DNA of 64,000 nt, taken from the NCBI GenBank assembly GCA_964016885.1, contig OZ024764.1, forward strand, positions 25,544,001 to 25,608,000, given 5' to 3'. Source of the stretch: Eledone cirrhosa (lineage: Eukaryota). Both the position numbers and the translations under genes were made by a program. Below the pieces are notes generated by a model. It was given only the letters and a program-made list of their open reading frames with translations. It was not told the DNA's origin and ran no database searches. Shown one piece after another: positions 1 to 12,100 of this stretch (the stretch's first letter is position 1; every line of letters starts with the position of its first letter).

Positions 1-545
1 AGACTGCGTTGGTATGGACATGTGATGTGTATGAAGGACGATAGCTGTATAAAAAAGTGCAGGGCAATGAAAATTGATGGAAGCTGCAGAGTGGGTAGAC
101 TAAGAAAAGCCTGGGATGAGGTGATAAAAACTGACCTTGTTCACCTACACCTCTCTAAGACAATGTCACTGGATCGAGATCTTTGGCGCTACGTAGTAAT
201 ACAGAAAGCCAGCCTTCCATTACATACAAAGTTAAACCTACAGTCAGTAGACACCTTTAACCTAATATACACCCCTACCCCATCCTCCCACTTCCGTCCA
301 CTGAAAAGTGGACATGTAGGTGACACAACAAAAAGCACCCAGTCGACACTGTAAAGTGGACGTGTTGAAGACATGGTAAAAAGGCTCCCAGTCCACACTG
401 TAAATGTGGTTGTTGTTAGGAAGGGCATCCAGCCGTAGAAAACCTGCCAGGGACAGTTCTGTACGAGCGAGACACGGTCTTCCAACGAATCTTGCCTCAA
501 GTGGGACAAAACTGATGCTAATGAGGAAGATGGACATTAATACAA
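1..545 (+). mobile_element. RTE LINE 3' fragment (C-terminal coding end + 3' UTR)
   Basis: Translates [27 protein letters not shown]...DLWRYVV, matching the C-terminus of the 9602-12568 ORF. The 3' UTR has the family motifs cccagtccacactgtaaa, ttaggaagggcatccag and gatggacattaa. Confidence 0.9.
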
Positions 546-884
546 TGAAATACTGGTGTTGGTACCAAAGATCAATACTGGAGTCAGGTCCATAACTCCT
601 ATGGGTTACCTTGAGCCAATCCTCTGTGAAACACGCCGATACACAAAACCTTTTCATTTTTTTCTATTATATATGTATATATATTTTTTCATCTGCTTTA
701 AGGGCTTTAAGCATCCGAAAGTATGCAACTTCCTCCTGGACAGGACCCAATTCATCACAGAGTTAAACCCCCGGCTACTGCCGGTACTCATTTTTAGCTG
801 AGTATACTGGAGCACCATGAAATGAAGTGTTTTGCTCAAGAACATAACACAACACACACCTGGTCCAGGAAATAGATATATGTT

Positions 885-917
<33 letters not shown>

Positions 918-993
918 TCAAATAGAAGTCACACATTAAGTTCTTGTGTGAATATGTCACAAGAATATGTCACTACCTGTAAACCAATTCTTG

Positions 994-1077
994 TATTTTA
1001 TCTGATGAATATAAAATGTTGGTGCCCTTGAAATAAATATAAAATGTTGGTGCCCTTGAAATATATATAATAAAATA
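994..1077 (+). ncRNA. Minimal hammerhead ribozyme-like motif, stem II disrupted by a 28-bp duplication
   Basis: tattttat-CTGATGA-...-GAAA-tatata-TA-ataaaata: 8-bp stem I and palindromic stem III. Confidence 0.5.
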
Positions 1078-1256
1078 AATACGGTTTTATAAAGATAGTT
1101 TCCATTTATTAATATTATTGATAAATATATATATGAAACACAAATTGAAATAATTTATCTTAGCGGTTTCATTTTCTTTCTAATGCATTGCTTAGTTTTC
1201 AAAATTAGTTATATTTGTGTTTCCTGAACAATGCTTCAAGCAAGCTACAAAACTGT

Positions 1257-1258
<2 letters not shown>

Positions 1259-1326
<68 letters not shown>

Positions 1327-1340
1327 TATATATATATATA

Positions 1341-1400
<60 letters not shown>

Positions 1401-1412
1401 TATATATATATA
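1259..1412. repeat. (TA)n microsatellite
   Basis: Direct reading. Confidence 0.98.
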
Positions 1413-1569
1413 GTGACGAAACATAAGTCAATTGCATGAACTCATAATCCTTTATTTACTGCTATATATATTTCGATGATAGCCATCAGGCAGTTAGTCA
1501 GTTCTTAGATATGCCAGCTCTGTGTTGATGGTATCAGAGCCTTGGGACATATATATATATATATATATA

Positions 1570-1680
1570 TTTAATATAGATTTGGCTTCTACTGGATTAG
1601 AATTGTTTCATTCAAAAGAAATCATCAGGAAAGGCTGACTGAAGCAGTTCTAGTCCTGTAGAACCTATTTCTATATCAAA
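1570..1680. mobile_element. Inverted pair of Penelope pseudo-LTR-like fragments with a hammerhead-like core on the minus strand
   Basis: Minus strand 1630-1570 reads tcCTGATGAtttcttttgaatGAAAcaatTCtaatcc...ctatattaaa. Plus strand 1641-1680 is a partial inverted copy. Same family as 49164-49230. Confidence 0.45.
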
Positions 1681-2255
1681 TTTGTTGTTTACACTCTACT
1701 AATGTCTTAAGCACCTTATTTACTGTGGTTACCCCCGATTGTACCCTGGACTCCTCACATTTGCAACCACGCAGCACGCCATGTTTTCATATTCATATAT
1801 ATATATATTTTCCTCCACTGTGACCCGTCTGTTTCTTTCTTACTGCTTTCTCTGAATCTCTCACTTCCCTTTACCCCCTCTAACAGTCACTCTCTCTGTT
1901 AGCCTCTTCCTCACCTTTCACTCACTCACTCTCTGCTACTCCCTCTCCTACTTCCTCCCGTTTGACCTGTGCAAAATTCTTTCCTAACGCACACTTTCAC
2001 CAGGTCGGTTGTTCTTTATTCTCTCTCGTCTACGATTTCACAGAACTTATGTTCACCGATTTCAGGGACTTGACTCCTTCTTCCTCACTTTTTGTTGCAT
2101 TACCATCTTTGATTGTTTAGTCTCGCTCATTCTTCTTATTTATGTGTCCCAACGACTTTCTTTAGCCGTTGTTCGCACCAACTGGAGGTATATGGTCTTT
2201 AAAGCGATGAAATACCAATGAAGGTTGGCAGATCACTGATGAAGGACTAAATTTA

Positions 2256-2305
<50 letters not shown>

Positions 2306-2417
2306 TATTAGAGGTGCAAATTAAATGTGTCCGTAGGCGGTGTGCCAAGATGAGCACTCGATGGTCGTGGGGAGCAGAGTATCATATTATTATTTTATAT
2401 ACGCGATGGATTGGCAG

Positions 2418-2607
2418 GGCGGTAGATTGGCAGTATCGGTAGAGGGTCGGACGCCATGGTTTCCAGCATAGTTACGTCCCTTTACGATCTGAGTTCAAAT
2501 CCCGCCGAGGTTGACTTTGCCTTTCATCCTTACGGGGTCGATAAAATAAAGTACCAGTAATGCACGGGGAAATTGCTGGCCTTGTGCCTAAAGTAGAAAC
2601 AATTATT
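2418..2607 (+). mobile_element. tRNA-derived SINE with a Meta-like central domain
   Basis: A-box-like tggcagtatcgg, B-box gagttcaaatcc (2491-2502), then gcctttcatccttacggggtcgataaaataaagtacc resembling the MetaSINE core. Confidence 0.7.
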
Positions 2608-2611
2608 TTAT

Positions 2612-3960
2612 ATACGCGAATTTAACATAAAGGTTGGTGTCCACCAGGGCTCTGTTCTTAGCCCTCTCCTATTTAACATAGTTTTGCAGGCAATAATGGA
2701 GGAGTTTAAGACTGGATGCCCATGGGAACTCCTGTCTACAGATGACCTCGCACTTATAGCTGAATCTATGGTAGAACTAGAGAAGAAATTCCAAACATGG
2801 AAGCAGGGACTAGAAAGAAAGGGTCTCAAAGTCAACCTGACAAAGATAAAGGGCCTTGTATGTAGACGAGAAAACAGAACCCAGATTCCCTCAGGGAAAT
2901 GGCCTTGCTCAGTATGTAGGAAAGGTGTAGATAGGAACTCCATTCTCTGCCCCAAATGCAAACAAATGGTACACAAGAGATGTAGCGGGATCTCAGGAAG
3001 CTTAACTAAGAATGTAGGCTTCACATGTAGCATCTGTGCTGGGACAGCAAGCAGCAAACAGTCACAGGAAACAAGTACCACCAATCTCTGCGAGGGCTCT
3101 GTAGAAACAGTAGACAGCTTCTGCTATCTAGGTGACCAAATTAGCAGTGGAGGTGGGTGTTCGGAAAGTACCATAACTAGGGTAAGAACAGGATGGAAGA
3201 AGTTCAGGGAGCTACTGCCACTGCTAGCTGCAAAAGGCTTTTCCCTCAAAAAGATAGGCAGACTGTATGATGCGTGTATACGAACAGCAATGTTACATGG
3301 TAGTGAGACCCGGGCACTGTCTGTGAAAGACTTGCGTAGATTAGAAAGAAACGAATCCTGCATGCTCCGATGGATGTGTAATACACGAACGGCAAAGCAT
3401 AAAGGAACTGAGAGAGAGACTGAACATAAGAGAAATCAAATGCTGTGTGCAGGAGAGGAGGTTGTGTTGGTATGGACATGTGATATGTATGAAGGATGAC
3501 AGCTGCATAAAAAGGTGCAAAGCACTAGAAGTCGATGGAAGCTACGGAGTGGGGAGACCGAAAAAGACCTGGGATGAGGTGATAAGAGCCGACCTTACCC
3601 AATTACACCTCTCAAAGGCGATGACACAGGACCATGACCTCTGGCATTACACAGTAATACAGAAGACCTGACTTCCCACGGGAACAAGCCGAAGCTGAAG
3701 CATATAGACAATATGCCCCCACACCCTCCCACTGTAAAGTGGTCGTGGAGGTGCCACGGCAAAAAAGCACCCAGCATTCCCTGTAAAGGAGGTTGGTGTT
3801 AGGAAGGGCATCCAGCTGTAGAAATCAAGCCAGAATCAGTTCCTGTCTGAGCAAGACAAGGTCAGCTGACCTGGCATTGCCTACAACAGGACAACCCGTC
3901 TAACCCATGCTAGCGTGGAAGATGGACGTTAAACAATGATGATGATGATGATGATGATGA
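2612..3960 (+). mobile_element. 5'-truncated RTE LINE (degenerate RT, PHD-like finger, 3' UTR, (GAT)n tail)
   Basis: ORFs 2684-3499 and 3447-3671 contain the [10 protein letters not shown] region, STDD (mutated YADD), CSVC..CPKC..H..C..CSIC and FCYLG. Ends ggacgttaaacaatgatgatg. Confidence 0.92.
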
Positions 3961-4408
3961 TATATATAAGAAAAAGATATCGTTTTTTACAAAAACAATA
4001 TAAAAAATCAGAGACATGGTTAAAACAGCTCAAAATACAGTAATTTATTACAATAAATACTACAAAGATTTTTCCAAACAAGAATATTCATAAAATCCTA
4101 TTGTGCTAAAAATAATAATTACACATGAAACAAATTATTCGTTAAAGTAATTACTAAATCCAGGCCCCCAAATCTTTTCATATTACCCACTTTATTACCC
4201 CAAATATCGAGTTATGATCCACCTGGTATCTTACCACACCTCTTTGTTATATATATATATGTGTGTGTGTGTGTATGTGTACACACACACGATGAAGATA
4301 CACACACATCTCATATATATATATATATATACACACACATATACACAAAGTCCCCTCCCAAAAAACCAAAGTGAATATTCTAAATACCTTCCTCCATCTT
4401 GTCAGCAG

Positions 4409-4596
4409 TGTGGGTGGCTGATCTGTCCTTCCACCTGTCTGCTACCCCCTTAAACTGTGGGTGGCTGATCTGTCCTTCCACCTGTCTGCTACCCCCTTAA
4501 ACTGTGGGTGGCTGATCTGTCCTTCCACCTGTCTGCTACCCCCTTAAACTGTGGGTGGCTGATATGTCCTTCCACCTGTCTGCTACCCCCTTAAAC
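4409..4596 (+). repeat. 47-bp minisatellite, 4 copies
   Basis: tgtgggtggctgatctgtccttccacctgtctgctacccccttaaac starting at 4409, 4456, 4503 and 4550. Confidence 0.97.
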
Positions 4597-4978
4597 TCAC
4601 TGTACTACATTGATAGATTGAAGTTGTAATAAACTCAGCCTTTTGAATAATGTACTACCTGTCGTAGATAGTAGTAGTAGTAGTAGTAGTGGTGGTTGTA
4701 GTGGTGGTGGTAGTGGTGGTGGTGGTAGTGGTGGTAGTGGTGGTGGTGTAGTGGTGGTAATAGTAGCCTTTTATCTATTAGGACAAGAAACAAATAGACA
4801 CACATCACTGATATTACACCATACACACCTGTAAACATACACACCTGTAGACATACACACCTGTAGACACACATACATACATACATATAAACAAACACAC
4901 ATACATATTAACAAACACACATGCATATAAACACACATATATACATACACATTCAATGTTTATTTTAGATTTTGCTGA

Positions 4979-5030
4979 CTGAAGAGCTGAGACTGTCATA
5001 ACTGACAGTCCTCAGTGAAATATGTATAAT
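4979..5030 (+). ncRNA. Hammerhead-like motif with strong stem II and weak stem I
   Basis: CTGAAGA-gctgagactgtca(taac)tgacagtcctcagt-GAAA-tatgta-TA, with AATAAA about 10 nt downstream. Confidence 0.55.
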
Positions 5031-5077
5031 GGAGTTTTAAATAAACCTGAATCAACTGCATAGAGCCTCCGATCTTT

Positions 5078-5132
<55 letters not shown>

Positions 5133-5925
5133 TCTCTTTCTTATCTACTTGTTCCTGTCCCTACTTTCGCTACCCGTAACTCTCTTCCATGGCCTAACAG
5201 CCCTTTTGATAGTATTGTTGCCACTGTGGTTGGGACTGAATGCTATGATCATTGCTGGCCTTGAGCCTTACAATGATAGAGAGGACTGTATTAACTGGGA
5301 ATGTATTTATATATATAAGTACCCATCTATGTTTCTATCCCATTTTACTTCCTTGTTTCAACGGACTACTACTGTGGTTAGTTTATTTTTCATGGAAGCG
5401 TGGCATATTTGCGTGGTCTGTGTTTTTGCTGTTGTCGTTGTAAGTGTTTTTACTGTAGCTGTTGTTTTAGTTGTTGTTGTCAATAGGGTGATGGTATCAG
5501 CACGACTATTGCGACCAGTGTGAATAACATTGGTCGGTGGTTTGGTGTTACTGTCATTGTTGTTGTAGTTGTTGTCTATAGGTGGTTGTCAACTAAATAT
5601 ATATACCCCCCCCCCCCTCAGAGCTCCTTGTGTTCCTTCAACTGTCTACTGGGTTTTGGCTGCACACAGTTCTTTGTTCTTTTCGTCTTTTTTCGTTGAT
5701 AGGTTTTTCTAATAAACGCGATGGCTGGCAAACCCCTCAAGGAGCTCATATGTATGCTGGGTGCACAGGCATTAGGATGTGTTTTCCTGCCAGTGGCATA
5801 TCAAATATATCGATTTTCATCTGAGGAAACAGCAAATGCATGAAGGACATCTCAATTGCATGGAGAACCGTCAAAATAATTATTAAAGGATTAAACGATA
5901 TATGTAACCTCAGCATCTTATTTTG

Positions 5926-5992
<67 letters not shown>

Positions 5993-6034
5993 TGAAAAAG
6001 AACAAAGGAACTATTGACATTATAACAAGTTTAT

Positions 6035-6081
6035 TGCCGACAGCTGTTTCGTCCGACCATATGGTGGGACTTTTCAAGGCA
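6035..6081 (-). ncRNA. Minimal type I hammerhead ribozyme, U3-A8 core variant
   Basis: Minus strand: tgcc-TTGAAAA-gtcc(caccatatggtc)ggac-GAAA-cagctg-TC-ggca, overlapping AATAAA. Confidence 0.75.
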
Positions 6082-6290
6082 TATAACAGGTGATTGTAAG
6101 ATCATTATTTACATCAACGTATCACTCAAGGCTAGCAGTTTGAATTGTGGTATACATCAGCAGCTCCGCTTGTATAGTTGGGGTCTATATTCTAAGGGGG
6201 CTCTTTTATATTAGTTGTCGGGGTCAGGGATTGAAGGTTAAAAATTAGATAATATATAATTTACGCATATATATATATATATATATATAT

Positions 6291-7241
6291 AAAGTAAGTC
6301 CATAGAATCATTAGATAAAATATATACAGTATTTCTTCTCCCTATCAGCATAAATCAACCATAAAAAAAATTGATTAAACGAAGCTATAAGTTTAAAATA
6401 TACTTATGAAGAAACAATAGATAAATGATATAGCTTCTTATCCGCGACTCAGAACTACAGAAAATTTACCTAGTATTTCTAATAGCCTGTAGAAATTGAC
6501 TAGACATATAGTTAACCATACACAATTAGGTACAAAATCAAAGTTAGAAGAAAAAATGTACAGAAACCTTACAAAAATCATCAAAATATCTCTACTCCCC
6601 AGCGATTTCATTCCATTTTTGTATATATCTGATCTTGGATAAATCAGCGAGGTTGGAAATCATCAGGAGATAACTCAATTGGACAAAGATTTTTCTTACA
6701 TGATCCCCGCCAGAAACAAATTCAAAATGGCTAAGAATCATCACGTGGCTAGTGGTCAATGCAGAAAGTTTGTGATTGGTGCCTGTCGGCGAGTAGGCTG
6801 GTTGCTAAGAAAGCGCAGCCGAATACTGCCTAAAGTTTTACTCAACCTTACGGGAGTATATAAAATTTAAAGGGTATATACATATAAACTAGACAAAGCC
6901 ATATATATATATGTTTTTGGCAAGCATTCACGGTGTGGCTCAATGACAAATTAATTAATTAATTAATAATCAGAGCAATATATAAAAAGTAAGTCCATAG
7001 AATCATTAGATAAAATATATACAGTATTTCTTCTCCCAATCAGCATAAATCAACCACACAAAAAATAATTTAAACGAGGCTATGAGTTTAAAATATACTT
7101 ATGAAGAAACAATAGATAAATGATATAGCTTCTTATCCGCGACTCATAGCTACAGAAAATTTACCTAGGATTTCTAATAGCCTGTAGAAATTGACTAGAC
7201 ATATAGTTAACCATACACAATTAGGTACAAAATCAAAGTTA
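6291..7241. repeat. 256-bp direct repeats (6291-6546, 6986-7241) flanking a degenerate minus-strand hammerhead
   Basis: Near-identical copies offset by 695 bp. Between them the minus strand 6668-6600 has CTGATGAtttcca...tggaatGAAA. Confidence 0.85.
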
Positions 7242-7697
7242 TATAGTTATACATAGGCAGGGTCATATTGCCAGAAATAACAGAATACACTCACTGTTTG
7301 GTTTCGGTTGGTTTTCACTTCTGTATCTTTTTATATCTCCACAGTTAATTTATTTGGCAATCAATGTTTATCATTGATTGACCAACAGTTAAAAATATTG
7401 ATATAAATATATATATATAGTCTATCAAAGTTCTCTCGTCACACATCTGTGACATCATCAGTGATACTATTATGTTTCCTACCGCTGTATTGTAATGTCT
7501 GTCCATTTTTATTTAATTTATTTATTTCTTCTTGTCACTGTCTCTGCGTTTGCATGTGTGTATAATGTTTGGTGTGTGTGTTCGCGTTTGAGTGTATGTG
7601 TTTTGGATTTTGTATTCTATCTTTGTTTACTAGTGTGTGTTTATATGTGTTTGTTGTTATTGTAATGGTGTATATATTTATGTATTTATATTTGTGA

Positions 7698-7960
7698 TGT
7701 GTTGTTTCCTTGAGCAAGACACTTTATTTCACATTGCTCCAGTTTACTCAGCTGTAGAAATGAGATGATAGGGACTGGGGTCCATATCATTCCACTGCAA
7801 AATGGTCGGGGAAGTGCCAGGGCAAAAAAAGCACCCAGCACTCACTGTAAATGAGGTTGGTGTTAGGAAGGGCATCCAGGTGTAGAAATCAAGCCAGAAT
7901 CAGTTCTCATCCCACCCTTGCAAGCAGGGAAAAGCGGACGTAAAATGAAATGATGATGAT
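7698..7960 (+). mobile_element. 5'-truncated SINE with RTE-derived 3' tail
   Basis: The central domain ccttgagcaagacactttatttcacattgctcc (shared with 13436-13552) is joined to RTE 3' UTR motifs and ends gcggacgtaaaatgaaatgatgatgat. Confidence 0.75.
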
Positions 7961-7989
7961 TTCCGTGCAGTCAGTATTGTTTGTTTGGG

Positions 7990-8365
7990 TCATCATCATC
8001 ATCATCATCATCACCGTTTTACGTCCGTTCTTCCACGCTAGCATGGGTTAGACGGGTTGTCCTGTTGTGGGCAGTGTCTGGTCGGCTGACCATGCCTTGC
8101 TCATACAGGAACTGATCTGGCTTGATTTCTACAGCTGGATGCCCTTCCTAACACCAACCTCATTTACAGTGAGTGCTGGGTGCTTTTTCGTGGCGCCTAC
8201 ACGTCCACTTTACAGTGTGGGCTGGGTGCTTTTTTGCCGTGGCACCTCCACGACCACCTTGCGGTGGGGGGGGGGCATATTGTTTATATGCTTCAGCATG
8301 TACCCATGGGAGGTCGGGTACCCTGTATTACTGCGTGACGCCAGAAGTCACGGTCGTGTGTCATG
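7990..8365 (-). mobile_element. RTE LINE 3' end
   Basis: Reverse complement of the 3' UTR at 3620-3960, with (CAT)n tail at 7990-8013. Confidence 0.88.
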
Positions 8366-8631
8366 GGTGTTGTTGTTATTCCATTCGGTCTTTCTCTTCA
8401 ACTTCGGTCTTCTTAGTTCTATCTCAGCTGCTTCTCTCATTTGTCTACCTATTGAGTCATTTCTATGTTTAGATATTATTTCAATTTCTATGTTGTCTAT
8501 GTTACAATCATGTCTGGCGTGTTCTGTGAGTGTGTTCTGCTATTTCTGGCAATATTATTACAACAATATGACCCTCCCCAAGTATAACAATATTTGTTTC
8601 GACACACGATTTCATATCAAAAACCTTGCAA

Positions 8632-8635
<4 letters not shown>

Positions 8636-8673
<38 letters not shown>

Positions 8674-9161
8674 CATACATATGTATATACATACATATAT
8701 ATATATACATATATATATACATATACATACATACATATGTATATACATACATATATATATATACATATATATATACATACATATATACATACATATATAT
8801 ATATATATACATACATATATACATACATTTATTTTATATACATACATATATATATATATATACATACATATATATATATATATACATACATATATATATA
8901 TATATATACATACATATATATATATATATATACATACATATATATATATATATACATACATATATATATATATATATACATACATATATATATATATATA
9001 CATACATATATATATATATATATACATACATATATATATATATATGCATACATATATATACATATATATATATACATACATATATATATATATATACATA
9101 CATATATATATATATATATATACATACATATATATACATATATATACATACATATATATAC

Positions 9162-9198
<37 letters not shown>

Positions 9199-9199
9199 C
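8636..9199. repeat. (TA)n/(TACA) compound microsatellite
   Basis: Direct reading. Confidence 0.98.
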
Positions 9200-12100
9200 A
9201 TCATCATCATCATCATCATCATCAACGTTTAACGTCCGTGTTCCACGCTTGCATGGGTTTGGACGGGGGTAGTCCCACTTGAGGCAAGAGTGATTGTCTT
9301 GCTCGCATAGGACTGTCTGGCAGGTTTTCTACAGTTGGATGCCCTTCCTAACACCAACCACATTTACAGTGTGGGTCTGGGAGGTTTTTACCGTGTTGCC
9401 TAGACGGCCACATTACAGCGTGGACTGTGTGTTTTTTTGTCGTGACACCTACACGATCTCATTTGTTTCGGCCTGGATGGCGCGGCACCAACATAATTTT
9501 ACATAGAACGGGGTGGTGTGGATGGGGTGGGGGTGGTGGTGGTGGGACGGGGTGTATTTTGTTAGAGATGCCTACTGGCTGGAGTAGGTTTTACTATATA
9601 TTTAGGTAAGGCGGGTCTTCTCTGTTACTGAGTACCGCCAAAGGTCTCGGTCCAGTGACATTGTCTTGGAGAGGTGTAAGTGTGTAATGTCGGAGTTTAT
9701 CAGCTCGTCCCAGGTTTTTCTAGGTCTGCCTATTCCGTGACTACCGTCTATCTTTATTGCCCTGCACTTTGTTATACAGCTATCGACTTTCAGGCGCATC
9801 ACGTGTCCATACCAACGTAGCCTTCTCTCGAGTAAACAACATCTGATCCCTCTTATCTTTAATTTTTTCCTTAGTTCGTTTATGCTTTGCCGTTCACGTA
9901 TATTACTGTTACACATCCAGCGGAGCATGCAAGCTTCGTTCCTCTCTAGTCTGCGTATATCCTCTGCACACAATGCCCAGGTCTCACTGTCATGCAGCAT
10001 TGCTGTTCGTATGCAGGCATCGTACAACCTGCCTTTCATTTTTAGGGAGAACCCTTTAACAGCTAATAGTGGTATAAGCTCTCTGAACTTTTTCCAACCA
10101 GTTCTGACTCTAGTTACAGTACTTTCAGAGCACCCTCCCCCACTGCTGATTTTATCTCCCAGGTAACGGAAGCTGTCCACTATTTCTATAGAACCCTCTG
10201 CGCAATTGAAAGAGCTAGTATTTTGTGGGCACTTGCTGCTACTTATTGCACCAGAACACCGGCTACATGTAAAATCTATGTTCTTAGTTAGCTTACCTGT
10301 GATCCCACTACATCTTTTATGCACCCATACTTTGCATTTAGGACATAAAATGGAGTTTCTACCTACGCCTTTCCTACACACCGAGCACGACCATTTCCCA
10401 GAAGGGATCGCCGCCTTGTTTTCTTTCCTACAAACTAGAACTTTGGTCTTAGCCAGGTTAATTTTAAGTCCTTTTGACTCTAGGCCGTGCTTCCATGTTT
10501 GGAATTTCTTCTCTAGCTCAGCCATTGATTCCGCTATGAGTGTCAGGTCGTCTGCGTATAGGAGTTCCCATGGGCAGCCTGTCTTGAACTCCTCTGTTAT
10601 AGCCTGAAGGGCAATAATAAATAGTAGGGGGCTGAGAACAGAGCCCTGATGGACGCCAACTTTTACGCTAAACTCTTCACTATATTCGTTGTTAATTCTA
10701 ACCTTGCTGACTGTTTCTTTATACATGGCTTGTATAGCCCTCACAAACCATTCGTCAACGCCTAGTTTTCTAAGAGCCCACCAGATAATGGAGCGGGGGA
10801 CTCTGTCGAAGGCTTTCTCCAAGTCGACAAAAACTAAGTAGAGGGGTTTACCTTTAGCTAGGTACTTCTCCTGTAGTTGTCGTACTATGAAAAGAGCGTC
10901 TGTGGTACTTTTGCCTGACACAAACCCGAACTGCATTTCATCTAGGTCAATTCTCTCTCTGATTAGTTGCGCTATTACTTTTTCCGTGACCTTCATGACC
11001 TGGTCGATTAATTTAATGCCTCTATAGTTACTCCTATCTAGGGCGTCTCCTTTACCCTTATAACAGTTAACGATGATGCTGCTATGCCAGTCCTTCGGAA
11101 CAACCCCATTCTGTACGACTTGGTTAACTATGCGGGTGACCATGGTGTGTCCCACCGTGCCAGATGCCTTCAGCATCTCAGCAACTATTTCCGAAGGCCC
11201 AGCCGCCTTACCCGTCTTCATATCCTTGATTGCCTTACTTATTATACTCCCCTCGACTAACACTGCTGGTCCCTCTATTGGGTCGATATGGGGGAGACTG
11301 TCTTTCTCCCATTTATTCTCCTCATTTAGTAGCCCTTCATAGTGACACTTCCAAGCTACCTTCTTATCAGCGTCGGTGATGGCAAGTGTGCCATCGTCGT
11401 TTAGTACACACTTCTCCCCGACAATATCACGGTTTTCCTTGACGCATTGCCTAGCAATCCTGAACACCTCACGTTTTTGGTCATCGCGTTGTAGAACATG
11501 CTTGAACTTTCTTTCCTCAGCTTCCCTTCTTGCTAAGTACACTTGTCTCCTAGCTTCCCTCCTGGCCACTTGATAGTCTTCTCTACTTCCCCCATCCCGC
11601 CATACTTTCCAAGCCTGCTTTTTGGCCTTAATTGACCCCTCCACCTTACTGTTCCACCACCATGTTACTCTCCTCCTGCCTACAGGCCTGCTCCAGCCAC
11701 AGACTTCGTCTGTCGCCAACAGCAGGTTTGCTTTCAGAAATTCCCACTCTCCCTCTATATTGTCCGACTCTAAATGTTCTTCCTTACTGTCGAAAGCATC
11801 AAGTAATATGCTTTGAAATTTATTACTGGCTGTGGGGTCCTTTAGCTTCCATATTTTTCTCCTGAGGATAGTCCTCTTCTGCTGTCGAGTACGTCTCGTC
11901 CTGACTATGAGGTCGCTAATTATCAGTCTATGTTGGGAGGTGCATTCTTCATGGGGGAGGGATTTAGTGTTTACAACAGACACTCTGTCACGTCTTCTGG
12001 TAAGGATATAATCTACCTGGCTTGTGTGTTCCCTGGATCTATAGGTGATCAGGTGATTGTCACGTTTTTTGAAGTTAGTGTTACAGATAGTTAGGTTATT

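Noticed and set aside
1459-1493. Hammerhead-like motif on minus strand (ctgc-CTGATGG..GAAA-tatata-TA-gcag)
   Set aside because: The core lacks A9 and stem II does not pair. Plausibly a decayed copy, so not called. The same applies to partial motifs near 2237, 5821, 8590 and 32680.
5119-5880. Possible coding remnant
   Set aside because: No recognisable domain in the frames checked by hand.
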